Shown: positions 22,086 to 32,589 of the stretch, piece after piece
How the letters are laid out: every line of letters starts with the position of its first letter
Numbering within the stretch: position 1 is the stretch's first letter
Source: Nemertoderma westbladi
Lineage: Eukaryota; Animalia; Xenacoelomorpha
Reading direction: 5' to 3'
Assembly (NCBI GenBank): GCA_032718475.1
Contig: JAUCBJ010000767.1
Location: forward strand, 1-33,780
Length of the DNA stretch: 33,780 nt
Position numbers and translations under genes: made by a program
The notes under the pieces: generated by a model
Database searches by the model: none
What the model saw: only the letters and a program-made list of their open reading frames with translations
Told to the model about the DNA's origin: nothing

Positions 22086-22907
22086 GGGGTCTGTTACATC
22101 CGTTACATTGTGGGACATGTTTTACAGGAATGGACATCAAGTTTTTCTCAATTATTTGTTACCAGGAGGTCGGGGCTATCGGATTCAGCCACCAGTGGCC
22201 ACCATTGAGTTCAGCGCATCAAGAGCTTTCTGGTGATATATAATATTACATACTTTGGGAAACTTTTTTTTACAAAAAAAATGAATTTTTTTGGCCACTT
22301 TTTGTGAGTTTGAGTCACTAGTTCATTTCATTATTTATGAAACCGACCAGCCGACCACAGGTGACTTATGGAGGATCGCTAGAAGTCGGCTAGTTTACAC
22401 ATAAGGTATTTAGGTTAGGCCAAGTTCCAACCACTTTTGGGTCATGTATAAAGAGTAAGTCGCAAGTGGTCAGCTTACATATCATCATAGACTACATAGA
22501 CTTTTGGTCTAACATTTACACTCATTTTTAACGGAATAATTTGTTTGCGGTAAAGGTAAATGATACGTACCGCCGTGTCTATTGGTTTGGTTACTTCCGA
22601 AACAGATCATTACAGAAATGGATTACACAAATAGGTTTATCTTACCAAATTCAATGCAATTTCTTCATTCCATGCTGACTGCCTATTCGCCGATATTAAA
22701 TAAATAAAATAATTCTCGTACATATATTAAAAAAAATATGTAAAAAATGTAAAATAATTCATTACAAACTAACTGCCTCCACTCTGCGTCCAAACCACCA
22801 GAAGGGTATTGTTTTACTATCGAAATATCTATGAATATCTCGGGAACATAAATATCACAACCGAAAAACTTAACATTGCTTCCATATTCCATTATAAATA
22901 CTATTAA

Positions 22908-24487
22908 CCCTATTAGTACCGGGCTATAAAATGTTGTACAAATACCGGGGGGGGGGGGGGGGGGGGGGTCATATTGACCCCTCCCTCTAAAATCTACAAA
23001 TTTTTACGAAAACGTCTGATTTTTTGTTTGTACTTAGGTATCACTAGTCAGGATCTGACCGAAAAAAAAAATTTTCGAAAAAATGTACTGGGGTGGTTAT
23101 ATTGCAGCACCAAAATTACAAGTAGTGCACAATTTTCAGAAAATTTGAAAGTTACATTTTTCGTCTAATTGTTTTTCAATACAGGTTTACTGGGGCGCGA
23201 AATACATTGGAAAATATTTAAAAATGATATGAGTACTATAAATGGCTGTTTAGTCCTCTCTGCGTAGGAAAAAAATGAAAAAAAAACAAGTTCACAGCAC
23301 TTTTCAGTTAGAACACAAAATTTTTAATTCACTTATACGATGCTATAAATTCACATTTTCAGGTTTTCTAGGGCGCTGATTCTAATGGAATACATTTCTA
23401 AAATGCCCCATCATTGCTACTTGTATTTTTCGGCGTAATTTGGAAAATTTTGGTGCTAGGACCAAATTTCGTACCCATCACCAAAAAGTACAAGTTTGCG
23501 ATGTCCAGTGCTGTTTTTATTGATTCCATCGGATTCAGGACCCTCATAAACCCGTATAACGCAATAAACAAGATGATACTATCTACTGATCAATTTGCTT
23601 ATTTTCCAAAATTTGGTGCTGGCACAACAATTTTCACCCACCGGCGAAAAATACAAGTTTGAAAACTCTTATGAAATTTTTACCGATTCCATTGAATTCA
23701 GAACCCTCACAAACCCGTATAACGCAAGAAACAAGGTGACACAATCAATTTATATATTTGATGGTTTTCAAAATTTTGTGCTAGCACCACATTTTGCACC
23801 CACTTCCGAAAAATACAAGTTTGAGATGCCTAGTTCGAAAATTATATATTCCATTCAATTCAGAATAGCCATAAACCTCTAAAACGCAAGAAATAAATTG
23901 TCACAAACAATTTTATCAATTGAATGGATTTTCAAAATTTCGTGCTAGCACCAAAATTTGCACCCACCACCGAAAAATACAAGTTTGATACGCTTGGTGC
24001 AACTCGTATACATTTCATCGAAACCAGAACCCCAAAAAACCCCAATTGCGTAAAAAATCAGTTTCACACAATCAATTTATAAAATTGACATATTTCAAAA
24101 TTTGGTGCTGGCACCAAAAATTGGCACCCGCCGAAAAAAACAAGTTTTAAATTTCTAAATCAATTTATATGAATTCCATCCAATGGCTAACACCAAAAAA
24201 CCGGTGTAAATCAAAAATAAAGATGTTACAATTCACATTTAATGAAATGTAATTTTCAAAAAACGTCTCAAAAAAAGTGCCAAAAGTAGGGTTAAAAAAT
24301 GGGGCTATAACTCAAAAACTACCCAATATTTTTGAAAACGGTTTTCACTACTAGGAAGACAATAGATTTTTAGGAAAAGTCATAAAATTTCAGATTCCCA
24401 ACTGCGTTTTTTTCAGAATTATAATAAAAAAACCACGGGGGGGTCATATTGACCCCCCCCCCCCCCCCCCCCCGGGGTTTAATAGGG
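22908..24487. mobile_element. Non-autonomous piggyBac-like element (1580 bp)
   Basis: TTAA at 22904-22907 and 24488-24491. Termini CCCTATTA...TAATAGGG. Subterminal palindrome GGGGTCATATTGACCCC near both ends. No transposase. Confidence 0.85.
23440..24180. repeat. Diverged ~163-bp tandem repeat (about 4.5 units) inside the piggyBac-like element
   Basis: AAAATTT(T)GGTGCT(A/G)GCACCA...AAAAATACAAGTTTG recurs near 23443, 23608, 23770, 23934 and 24097. Confidence 0.8.
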
Positions 24488-24949
24488 TTAAACCTGCGCC
24501 CTAAAATACGGCTCACATTATAATATATAACAAAAGTATAACTTACAATGGGTTGATTTACAATTATTAAGTTCTGGAACTGAAGGTTATTGGATGGAAC
24601 GAGAAGGAACGTTGGTAACTGGGGAGGTTCGTCTATATTCACTTAGAATTTGATCTTCTGTATCGTTGATCAACCTAAAATAATAATATTACAAGCCGAT
24701 AGTAATTATGGTTTAGTAATAATGACAGTAGGTATCTGTGTATGTAAAGATTGATGTTCTGTGTTGGTATCTACGTACGTACTGATGGTAAATCTCCGGT
24801 ACTTTATGTACATAGAGACAGCTGGTAGGTCTAAATATGTACGAACAGACAGATAATAGGTCTAGTTATTTATACTGTATAACCTGATTAAGTGTACGGT
24901 CACACTGTGACTGGAATGTTGTTGTATGTTTATGAAGCAACATTAATAA

Positions 24950-25530
24950 TGTTGGTGAAAGATTTAATATAAGATGTTCAGGAGAAAATATATTACTAAA
25001 AACGTATCTATTTCTACAAAAATATTTCTGCACCTTTGCTACTTTATATGTATAACATAAGGCAACTCAATTAGATTACAAACTTACATTTATTTGTAGA
25101 TAAATTTTGTCTTTCGTCAGGATCTTTGGAGCTGAATAAATTGTAGCGATTCTGCGACACTGTGAATAAGTACTCGTAAGGTATACTGACTGACACACAG
25201 CCGTTATCAGCCTTTTATATGGTTTGGTAACAACTGAACTTTACTTCTACAAATATGGGTGTTACCATTTAGTTCACTAATTAATGGTCTGTGTGTTCCA
25301 AGGGAGATATTATCTATCGCAAATATCTCTGTAATGTAATGTTTGTCATCTTTATACAAGAAGGGGGTGTGTGTACGTAGAAATCGATTATAATCATTAA
25401 AATCCGGTGAAATACGTGACTATGTTCCTTGAATATGACTCAGGTCATGGGAACCAATAATCTTAACGGAAGTTTCCCATACGTGTACCAGGATACACCC
25501 AGGATATATATTCATCACCTGTCACCAACA
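24950..25530 (-). mobile_element. Candidate solo LTR
   Basis: Termini TGTTGGTGA...TCACCAACA (9-bp perfect inverted repeat, TG..CA). Minus-strand TATAAAA near 25213-25219 and AATAAA near 25088-25093. No clear TSD. Confidence 0.4.
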
Positions 25531-25672
25531 TTCATGGTATTTGACAATAAATCTCGGCATAAGTCATGCGATGATGTTTAGTGCTGTTCTTAATAGTCTT
25601 TTATGTGGATTTCAATTTGACAGAGAATCAATGGGTGTGGTGAGTTACTCTAACCTTGGCGCTCGTCTAGGA

Positions 25673-26143
25673 AATACTACTGCTGCTATCGGAGTGCTGC
25701 ATTGCAGCTGCATTATATATATTACATATATATTAAATATAATGAAGTATAATACTACTTTGATCACCTGACAAAGATCGCACCCCCCCCGCCCCCCCCC
25801 CCCCCCCCTAACTTAATATGTTTCCTAGTGATTCTGACAGTACAGGTACCCCTAAGTCATCAGCAAATTCTAGATCAGTAAGGTAATTTAATGGATTTAT
25901 TTATTTGTGCCAGTACAGTAGGTGGAGTTATCATCACCCATAATCATTATGATGATCTAAGGACATGCGTATAACATAGTCAGTCAATCACAATTACGAA
26001 TAAAAAGAGTGCAAGTGTGTCACCGTGAAGGACTCCCCATAAGACTTCGAATGGATCTGTGTCGCCACCATCAGCAGGAGACACTAATGTGGTGGAACCA
26101 TCGTACAGTGATCAGAGAACTGTAATAATTTCTTCTGGCGTCC
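25673..26143 (-). mobile_element. Deleted RTE copy: 3' end (25673-25745) plus RT domain 3-5 fragment (25829-26143)
   Basis: Same 3' motif GCTGCATTGCAGCTGCAT as the other copies. Degenerate GTPEEII...SLYDG...GVLHGDTLALFLFVIVID...RMSLDHHND...ADDLGV. Confidence 0.8.
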
Positions 26144-26897
26144 AGAGAACCAAAACCTCTAGCTGTAGATCAACTACACAAACAAATAATAGAACAGCTA
26201 TTCAAATCAATAACACAGACTAAAACAGTACTGTTACTACGAAGCCCAAAACCACGAACACCTGAGATAAATGGCCTAAATTTAATCTTAAACAATAAAA
26301 TAATTGACCAATCAACAGAAATTAAATATCTGGGGGTTATTATAGATAATAAAAATCGATACAGTTTGGGGTAGAGCGGGTTGACCACAGATGACTAATG
26401 AAATGAATAACAACAGTTATTACAAGAGAGACCCAGACTAACACCAAAAAATGTTGCTACATTTGTATGTTGTATCAAGAATATGATTACCACGCCGTTG
26501 ACGATAGCGCGAGAATTCCTCCATAATAAAATATCATGAAAGGAACAGCTACATACAACCCAGCAATAAATGTTTATGACAATATCATTACTAAGACAGA
26601 TAAAAGGACAACTACCTCTATTAACGGAACTAATGCTGTATAAAACACTCGTAATGCCCTACCACAATTAAATACAAAATTATGCTCTCCGTATCATATA
26701 AAAAAAATACAAGAAAGCACTGGAACTGAACTAAGAACAGTTACAAGACTTCCACTCAACAAAATATCTTTATTCCAAAATTGTAACATTACTCAACGCC
26801 GATAGTATTAACAGCGAGTTGTTATTTAGCACTTTCCAACTTTCTAGGACATTACAGTATTGTATTGGCCTGTACATTTAGTATTTTATTTGGTGTA

Positions 26898-26986
26898 ATT
26901 GTTTACGTGGTAACCCATGACGGCGTTAAGTAATGTCCACTAAGGGGACATTACTTAACGCCGTCATTGGATACCACGTAAACAAT
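26898..26986. repeat. 89-bp near-perfect hairpin (41-bp arms, 7-nt loop)
   Basis: Arms 26898-26938 and 26946-26986 with 2 mismatches. Confidence 0.9.
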
Positions 26987-27244
26987 AGGGGGAAATTTTC
27001 GTGACAGCCAAATAGGCCTACTGCATTACCTACCGGTAGGCGTGGTATAGCTGTTAATAACCACTAGGGCCTAGCTATATTTTATTATAACATGGCTCCA
27101 AACGCCACCATAAATATAAGCTAAATTATTTATAACATAATTTATGTCATTTTTACAATTATTATACAGCAACTAATATAATTTGTGCAGTTTCTATCAC
27201 TTATAATATATATACAATAATTTCGTAATGTTAAAATTTGGGAA

Positions 27245-27403
27245 TAGAATTACATACATACTTGTTGCAAAGTACTTTACAGTGTTCTGATCCTCGTGGC
27301 TTTATTTTCACTCACTCACTAACGTTTGTTCGTGTAACAAAGCCACGCGGATCATCACACTGTAAAGTGCTACTTTAGACACAAGAATGTAAATAGTTAT
27401 TAC
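27245..27403. mobile_element. Old palindromic MITE-like element
   Basis: Core arms ACTTTACAGTGT..TGATCC.CGTGGCTTT and the reverse complement (27274-27368). Outer limits are approximate. Confidence 0.55.
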
Positions 27404-27728
27404 AGGTACATGTTAGATCCGATCCCTGCATTCGACACGGCTTCCTTTTATTGACCAACTAAAAAACACCACATAGCAAATAAATATTAGAACCAAGACA
27501 ATAAAAATACCTATGACTCGAAACAAATATGGTTACAATACATTCCTAATGTCAGCAGCCAAAATGTATAACTCGGTCTATAACTATAAAAATAACTCTA
27601 ACTCTATGGCCACCCGGTCCGGCACCCCCTCAAAGCTTACGGGCGACAGTCTGTATTATAGAAGGCAGTCATCTGCCTTCTATAATGCATTTTGCAACAC
27701 ATAAGTTTTAAGATCACAATTATATTGA

Positions 27729-27890
27729 ATATATTGGAAGTGTGCTGAACATACGTGGTCGGGAGACTGAATAAAAGGCCTTGAAGAAGTCAACAAAGAT
27801 GCCAGACAGATGCCCGTCTTTCTTTTTTGATAACTCTTCAATTATCCTTCTAAGTGCTAAAATGGGCTCCTTTGTCCCACGACCTTTTCG
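27729..27890 (-). pseudogene. RTE RT domain 2-3 fragment, the upstream continuation of 25829-26143
   Basis: RKGRGTKEPILALRRIIEE...IFVDFFKAFYSVSRPRMFSTLPIY, joinable to GTPEEII at 26143. Confidence 0.8.
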
Positions 27891-29047
27891 GCTGCATTGC
27901 GAATAGCATTGCGTGTTTTTATAATTTTTATGCGTAGAGGAGCCGTTGTTTCTCATACGTAGTTTACAACTTTACGAGTACACTGACTATATGCAATATA
28001 TTCTTTCGGTATTTAAATATTATTTTACTACTCTTTGTTTTTGGTGGTTAAACTATTCTAATTATTTTTGGTGCTATTTAAGTCTTAAAAATTCTATATC
28101 TTTAGTGCTTAAAAGATATTTCTAGAACTCGTTTGACGGTCACTAACAGAGATAGGCGTAGCATTAAACATTATTTAAAATTATTTCTAGGTTGGCCTTT
28201 CCAAGACCTACCGGTAACAACAACCGCTGTTGTAGCATTTTACATTATCTTAATCTGTTAGATTTATGTGCTGAGTCCCTTATTAAAGTTTGTGTTCTAG
28301 CCCCGCCTATGAGGCTAAAAAATTACTATTTTACTTCAATACTTCTTATTCTCTAGCACTTTATAGTAGTAGGCTATTTCAAGGCATTTAAAGATCCGAG
28401 CGGTAGTACATAATACCGCTACATATTATTTACATTTTGTGTCTTGAAAAAACGCGCAACAATGACAATTGGTTCAATATAATTAGTACTTCTTCGTTTT
28501 TTATTGCCGCAGCCAAATTATATTGAGCGTGGATGGTGAATGTTGCTGTCGCCATGTGGATCATGGTAGAAGCTGACAGGAAACAATGGAGAAACATTTA
28601 TAGGTTTATGCAGAAAACATTTTTGATGGTTTTATATCTAGCATACATAGCATTTGGAATGTTTTTAATACAAAAAAAGGTTCATATTGAATATGTGCAT
28701 TCTTTAAAATTTCTTGGACATTTAATAGGCGTCTGATTTTAGTGATGATTGTGACATTAAGGGGGGGGGGGGGGGGGGGGGCAAAAAGTTTTTTATTTTT
28801 TTTTATCACATGCCGAATTTAATGGAGATTTCAACTCTGCAAGAAATTTTCTCTTATCTTTTCTCAAACTAATTAAAACCAATTAAGTAATTTCTAAGCT
28901 AGAGCTAACATACTGATTCGTAAGTTTTATTTCTGCTTTCTATTTTTGCTAATTGTTTAGGTCGTAGTAGTCTTTTATGTACATTTCAATTTGACAGAGA
29001 ATCAATGGGTGTGGTGATTTACTCTAACCTTGGCGCTCACCTAGGAA

Positions 29048-29868
29048 ATATTACTACTGATATCGGCGTGCTGCATTGCAGCTGCATTATATATATTACA
29101 TATATATTAAGTATGATGTGCCAGCTTGTCGACAACATTTAGCCGCCTCAACTCTCTATCATCCATGACATTTGCAGATCATCTTTAACACCAGTGTCCT
29201 TCATGATGGTCTCAAGAAAGTCATGGGCTGTACACCATACTTCACTCATGATGATGCCAAAGCACAAGATTATGCACTGGCTGGTCCTCACGGCGAAAGC
29301 AATGTCCTGCAAAGCGGAGGCGATTTTGTTCTAGTGTCAAGCTTGGGGGAACCAATGAGACACCTCCAATGTTATATAGTGTCTGGTTGGAGATGTGTGC
29401 ATTGTACTTGACACAATGAACACGGCGTAGCATTCTTGTGAATGTGCCATCCAGAGATTTGGTGTCCTCAGCAGTTAGAGCCCAGCATGGGCTCCCATAG
29501 AGGAGTACTGGAACTACTGCTGCTCTAAATGATCGGACCTTAAGTTTCTGATTAATTCTCGGTGACTCCCAAATCTTGGAAATCCTATTCAAGGCGGCCC
29601 ATGCCTTTCCCTTACGTATTCGAAGGTCCTCACCTGACTTCCGGATCCATGATCCTAGGTAACAGAAGTCGTCCACATGCTCAAGTATACCATCCTTTGA
29701 GCTTATGCTCATCCGATCAGAGACTTGCTGAGGACTTTCAAAGTCAACTGTCAAAATTTTGGTCTTTCTGGAGTTAATAAAAAGACCAACACTAGAAGCA
29801 GCACGTTCTAATGAGCGGAGGAGCCGTTGGGCTCCCTCTAATGATTCTGAGAGTACTCTTAAGTCACC
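29048..29868 (-). mobile_element. 5'-truncated RTE copy, same family as 414-1342
   Basis: ORF 29242-29898 is nearly identical to the first copy (DFCYLGSWIRKSGEDL...RFAGHCFRR), with the same 3' motif and (TAG)-type tail. Confidence 0.9.
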
Positions 29869-30298
29869 ATCATGTAGGTGGCAAATTTTCTTGATCATTG
29901 ACCTAAAATGACCTTTAATAAGAATTCGTCATACTTCATTTATAATTTATAATATTTGTGTAATTCAACTTTCAATTATATATTAAATAAATACATGTTA
30001 CTCACTCTCACACGTTCTATCAATCAAAATGATGATGTTTTCTGCAATTATTTTATAAAAAATGGTTCATAATTTCGATTTAAATATCCTACTGTTAATA
30101 TATTCAAAGTTAATAAAACGTCAATGATTTTATTTAATTGGTATTTTAAAGTACCAATACTGTGGATGGATTTATCCCACTGGTTTTGCAAGAAATACTA
30201 TAATTATATTTTTGACATGTAAAATAAATTGTAAATAAATTGAATGAATATAAGGAGAACTCCACAATGCTAATCCACTATCTATAATCTATAGTTTA

Positions 30299-30490
30299 GT
30301 TTTAGTTTTATGCCTGGAGCTGGACGGTATGGTGTGGTGTGTCTGTCTGTGTATGATCCTAAAGAGTGAACATATATGGTTGAGCGACTAGTTTTGGTTT
30401 TATGCCTGGAGCTGGACTGCATGGTGTGGTGTGGTGTCTGTATGTGATCCTAAAGAGTGAACATATATGGTTGACCGAGTAGTTTTGGTT
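30299..30490. repeat. ~91-bp tandem duplication
   Basis: GTTTTATGCCTGGAGCTGGAC...GATCCTAAAGAGTGAACATATATGGTTGA occurs twice. Confidence 0.85.
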
Positions 30491-30635
30491 AGGTTAGGTT
30501 TATGTTCTTCTAGCATTGTATGTATCAGTAGCTTAGCTGGTGACCTATGCTGCTAGGTTTGGAATGCAACTGTGTGCTTTCGATTTTCGCCATCCGTTTG
30601 GCCAGCTAGTTGAGATACGTCTGTCTAATTGTCTG

Positions 30636-30921
30636 TACATTTATTATAGGAAGGGATCTAGGGGTCTTAACCTCGAATGATAAGTTTATTTTACCGAAAA
30701 TATCTTATCTTTTATTGGCGCAATTGTAGGACTAATCCCATCACATGCGTACTTTTTAACCGAGTAGTGTACAAATTTAGGAATCGCGTAATTTTCTTGA
30801 AATTAATATCTCATAACTCTCCAAACCACGTACATAAAAAGATAAAAGATAAGTTATTTTCGGTAAAATAAACTTATCATTCGAGGTTAAGACCCCTAGA
30901 TCCCTTCCTATAATAAATGTA
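30636..30921. mobile_element. MITE with 80-bp TIRs and a possible TA TSD
   Basis: Arms 30636-30715 and 30842-30921 differ at 1 position; both ends are TA. Confidence 0.85.
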
Positions 30922-31496
30922 TAATAACAAATACCTTGATAAATACAGCTTGCCAACACATTGTTGCTATCAATAATTGTCTGTAGTGTGTTCTGTTCAA
31001 TAGGCCCAAGAGTCAGACTCTATCAGCTGTCAAATGAAACTGTAATAGTTGACCTACAATAATCTTGTGTCTAGCAGGATGTATACACGGTAAGGACAGG
31101 CAGATGACCACCAATAAATAATTCTGGCTTATTCTCTCTCTGCTGCATTACAAAACGGCAGTGATTTTCTATGTCAATTTATTTGACTTTTTTTGTCACT
31201 TTTTTTTACGAATTATGCATAATGACTTTTGTTGTCAATTTAATGACTTTTATTGTCACTTTTTATGTATGTATTTCTTCAAACTGTCAGACTGCTGATT
31301 TCTGGACTGTCAGACAGTTGATTTCACTATGCCTGTGCCAAAACATTCCATGATTCCATGATTTATAGACTATGAGATAGATTTCCATATGCGCCTGTGG
31401 TAAAAATATTTAATAGTTTGTGGTTGTTGTCGATAATCGATTACCACATGACGTAGCAAAACACTCATTTTATAGCCAAAAACAATTACCAATTGA

Positions 31497-32066
31497 TGGA
31501 AAGGAGCAGGTTAAGGCCGAGTTTTCTAACCAAAACAATAAACAGTCACTTTACCAAATCAGGGAAAGGAGCAGGTTACAGAGACGGGATTTTCTAACCA
31601 AAACAATAAACGATCATTTAACTATTTGAGGGAAAGGAGCAGGTTACAGAGACGGGATTTTCTAACCAAAACAATAAACGATAACATTACCAATTGAGAG
31701 AAAGGAGCAGGTTACAGAGGCGGGATTTTCTAACCAAAACAATAAACGATAACATTACCAATTGAGGGAAAGGAGCAGGTTACAGAGGAGGAATTTCCTA
31801 ACCATAACAATAAACGATCACTTAAACTAATTGAGGGAAAGGAGCAGGTTATAGAGGCGGGATTTTCTAACCAAAACAATAAACAGTCACTTTACCAAAT
31901 CAGGGAAAGGAGCAGGTTAAAGAGACGGGATTTTCTAACCAAAACAATAAACGATCATTTAACTAATTGAGGGAAAGGAGCAGGTTACAGAGACGGGATT
32001 TTCTAACCAAAACAATAAACGATCATTTAACTAATTGAGGGAAAGGGGCAGGTTACAGAGGCGGGC
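31497..32066. repeat. ~68-bp minisatellite, about 8.5 copies
   Basis: GGGAAAGGAGCAGGTTACAGAGACGGGATTTTCTAACCAAAACAATAAACGATCATTTAACTAATTGA repeated. Confidence 0.95.
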
Positions 32067-32589
32067 CTTCTGTGCTGTTGGAAGTAGTGGAGCCGCTATC
32101 CGTAACACTACTCAGACAGTAGTCATGATCCATTATTGATTATAAAACTAATACAGTAAGGCCTAAATTATGTGAAAGGTATATCCACATTTTCCACAAT
32201 CCTGCAATCCAGTTTCGCCTATCAATTATTTAAAATTTATTAGCACAACCGGTAGGCCTACCATTACCGTATTTAAATGGTAGGCTACACAGTAGGCCTA
32301 TAGCAGTACCAGTGCCGGTACCGGTACTAAAATACAGAAATACCTGCTTTATACCTACATCTGTACATACAATACAGCAAAATAGTGCTATATATATACT
32401 AACCGGTACTGATAGCCTGAGAGAACAGCAGTAGAGAAACCGGTAGCATGGAACCTAACATTAGACTTTTGGATGACATAAAAAATCAAAAAAAATTGAC
32501 AAAAAAAGGATAAAAATGGATAATAAAAATTATTGCGTTACAAAACTCGATCCAATTGGCCACTCGGCAACAAATCATTAATCATTGAT

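Larger units (their letters stand above)
4510..22320 (+). mobile_element. Candidate degenerate Sola2-like DNA transposon, inflated by nested insertions
   Basis: 33-bp inverted repeats at 4510-4542 (TATTGGCCCAAAATCACAAAAAGTGGCCAAAAA) and 22288-22320 (4 mismatches). A transposase remnant with GHGKGPADGVG lies inside. TSD is unresolved. Confidence 0.5.
22475..24642 (-). pseudogene. Candidate spliced host gene relic (possibly a PKD/Ig-like repeat protein), interrupted by the piggyBac-like element
   Basis: Exon ...NIDEPP...VNQPI, then a 46-nt GTAAGT...TTTTAG intron (24546-24501), then GAGLIVFIMEYGSNVKF... in frame once the TE is removed. Further small exon-like pieces extend to ~22475 with lesions. 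Confidence 0.4.
26200..27600 (+). pseudogene. Fragments of an L2/CR1-group LINE ORF2 C-terminus
   Basis: TKTVLL...LILNNKIIDQSTEIKYLGVIIDNK (26215-26355) and IRTKTIKIPMTRNKYGYNTFLMSAAKMYNS (~27485-27575). The middle is degraded or interrupted. Confidence 0.55.

Noticed and set aside
19878-22236. 700+ aa repeat ORFs on both strands
   Set aside because: Same satellite artefact; the ORFs also run into the LINE 5' UTR.
22090-22236. Possible transposase C-terminal coding segment (YIVGHVLQ / QVFLNYLLPGG)
   Set aside because: It needs a frameshift and overlaps the non-coding subterminal motifs, so support is too weak.
28533-28736. Hydrophobic 67-aa ORF resembling a transmembrane exon
   Set aside because: No recognisable family motif or convincing splice pair, and hydrophobic ORFs are common in AT-rich DNA.
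32240-32450. Cluster of ACCGGT and TAGGCCTA short palindromes
   Set aside because: Irregular spacing with no larger structure; it probably reflects a genome-wide oligomer bias.
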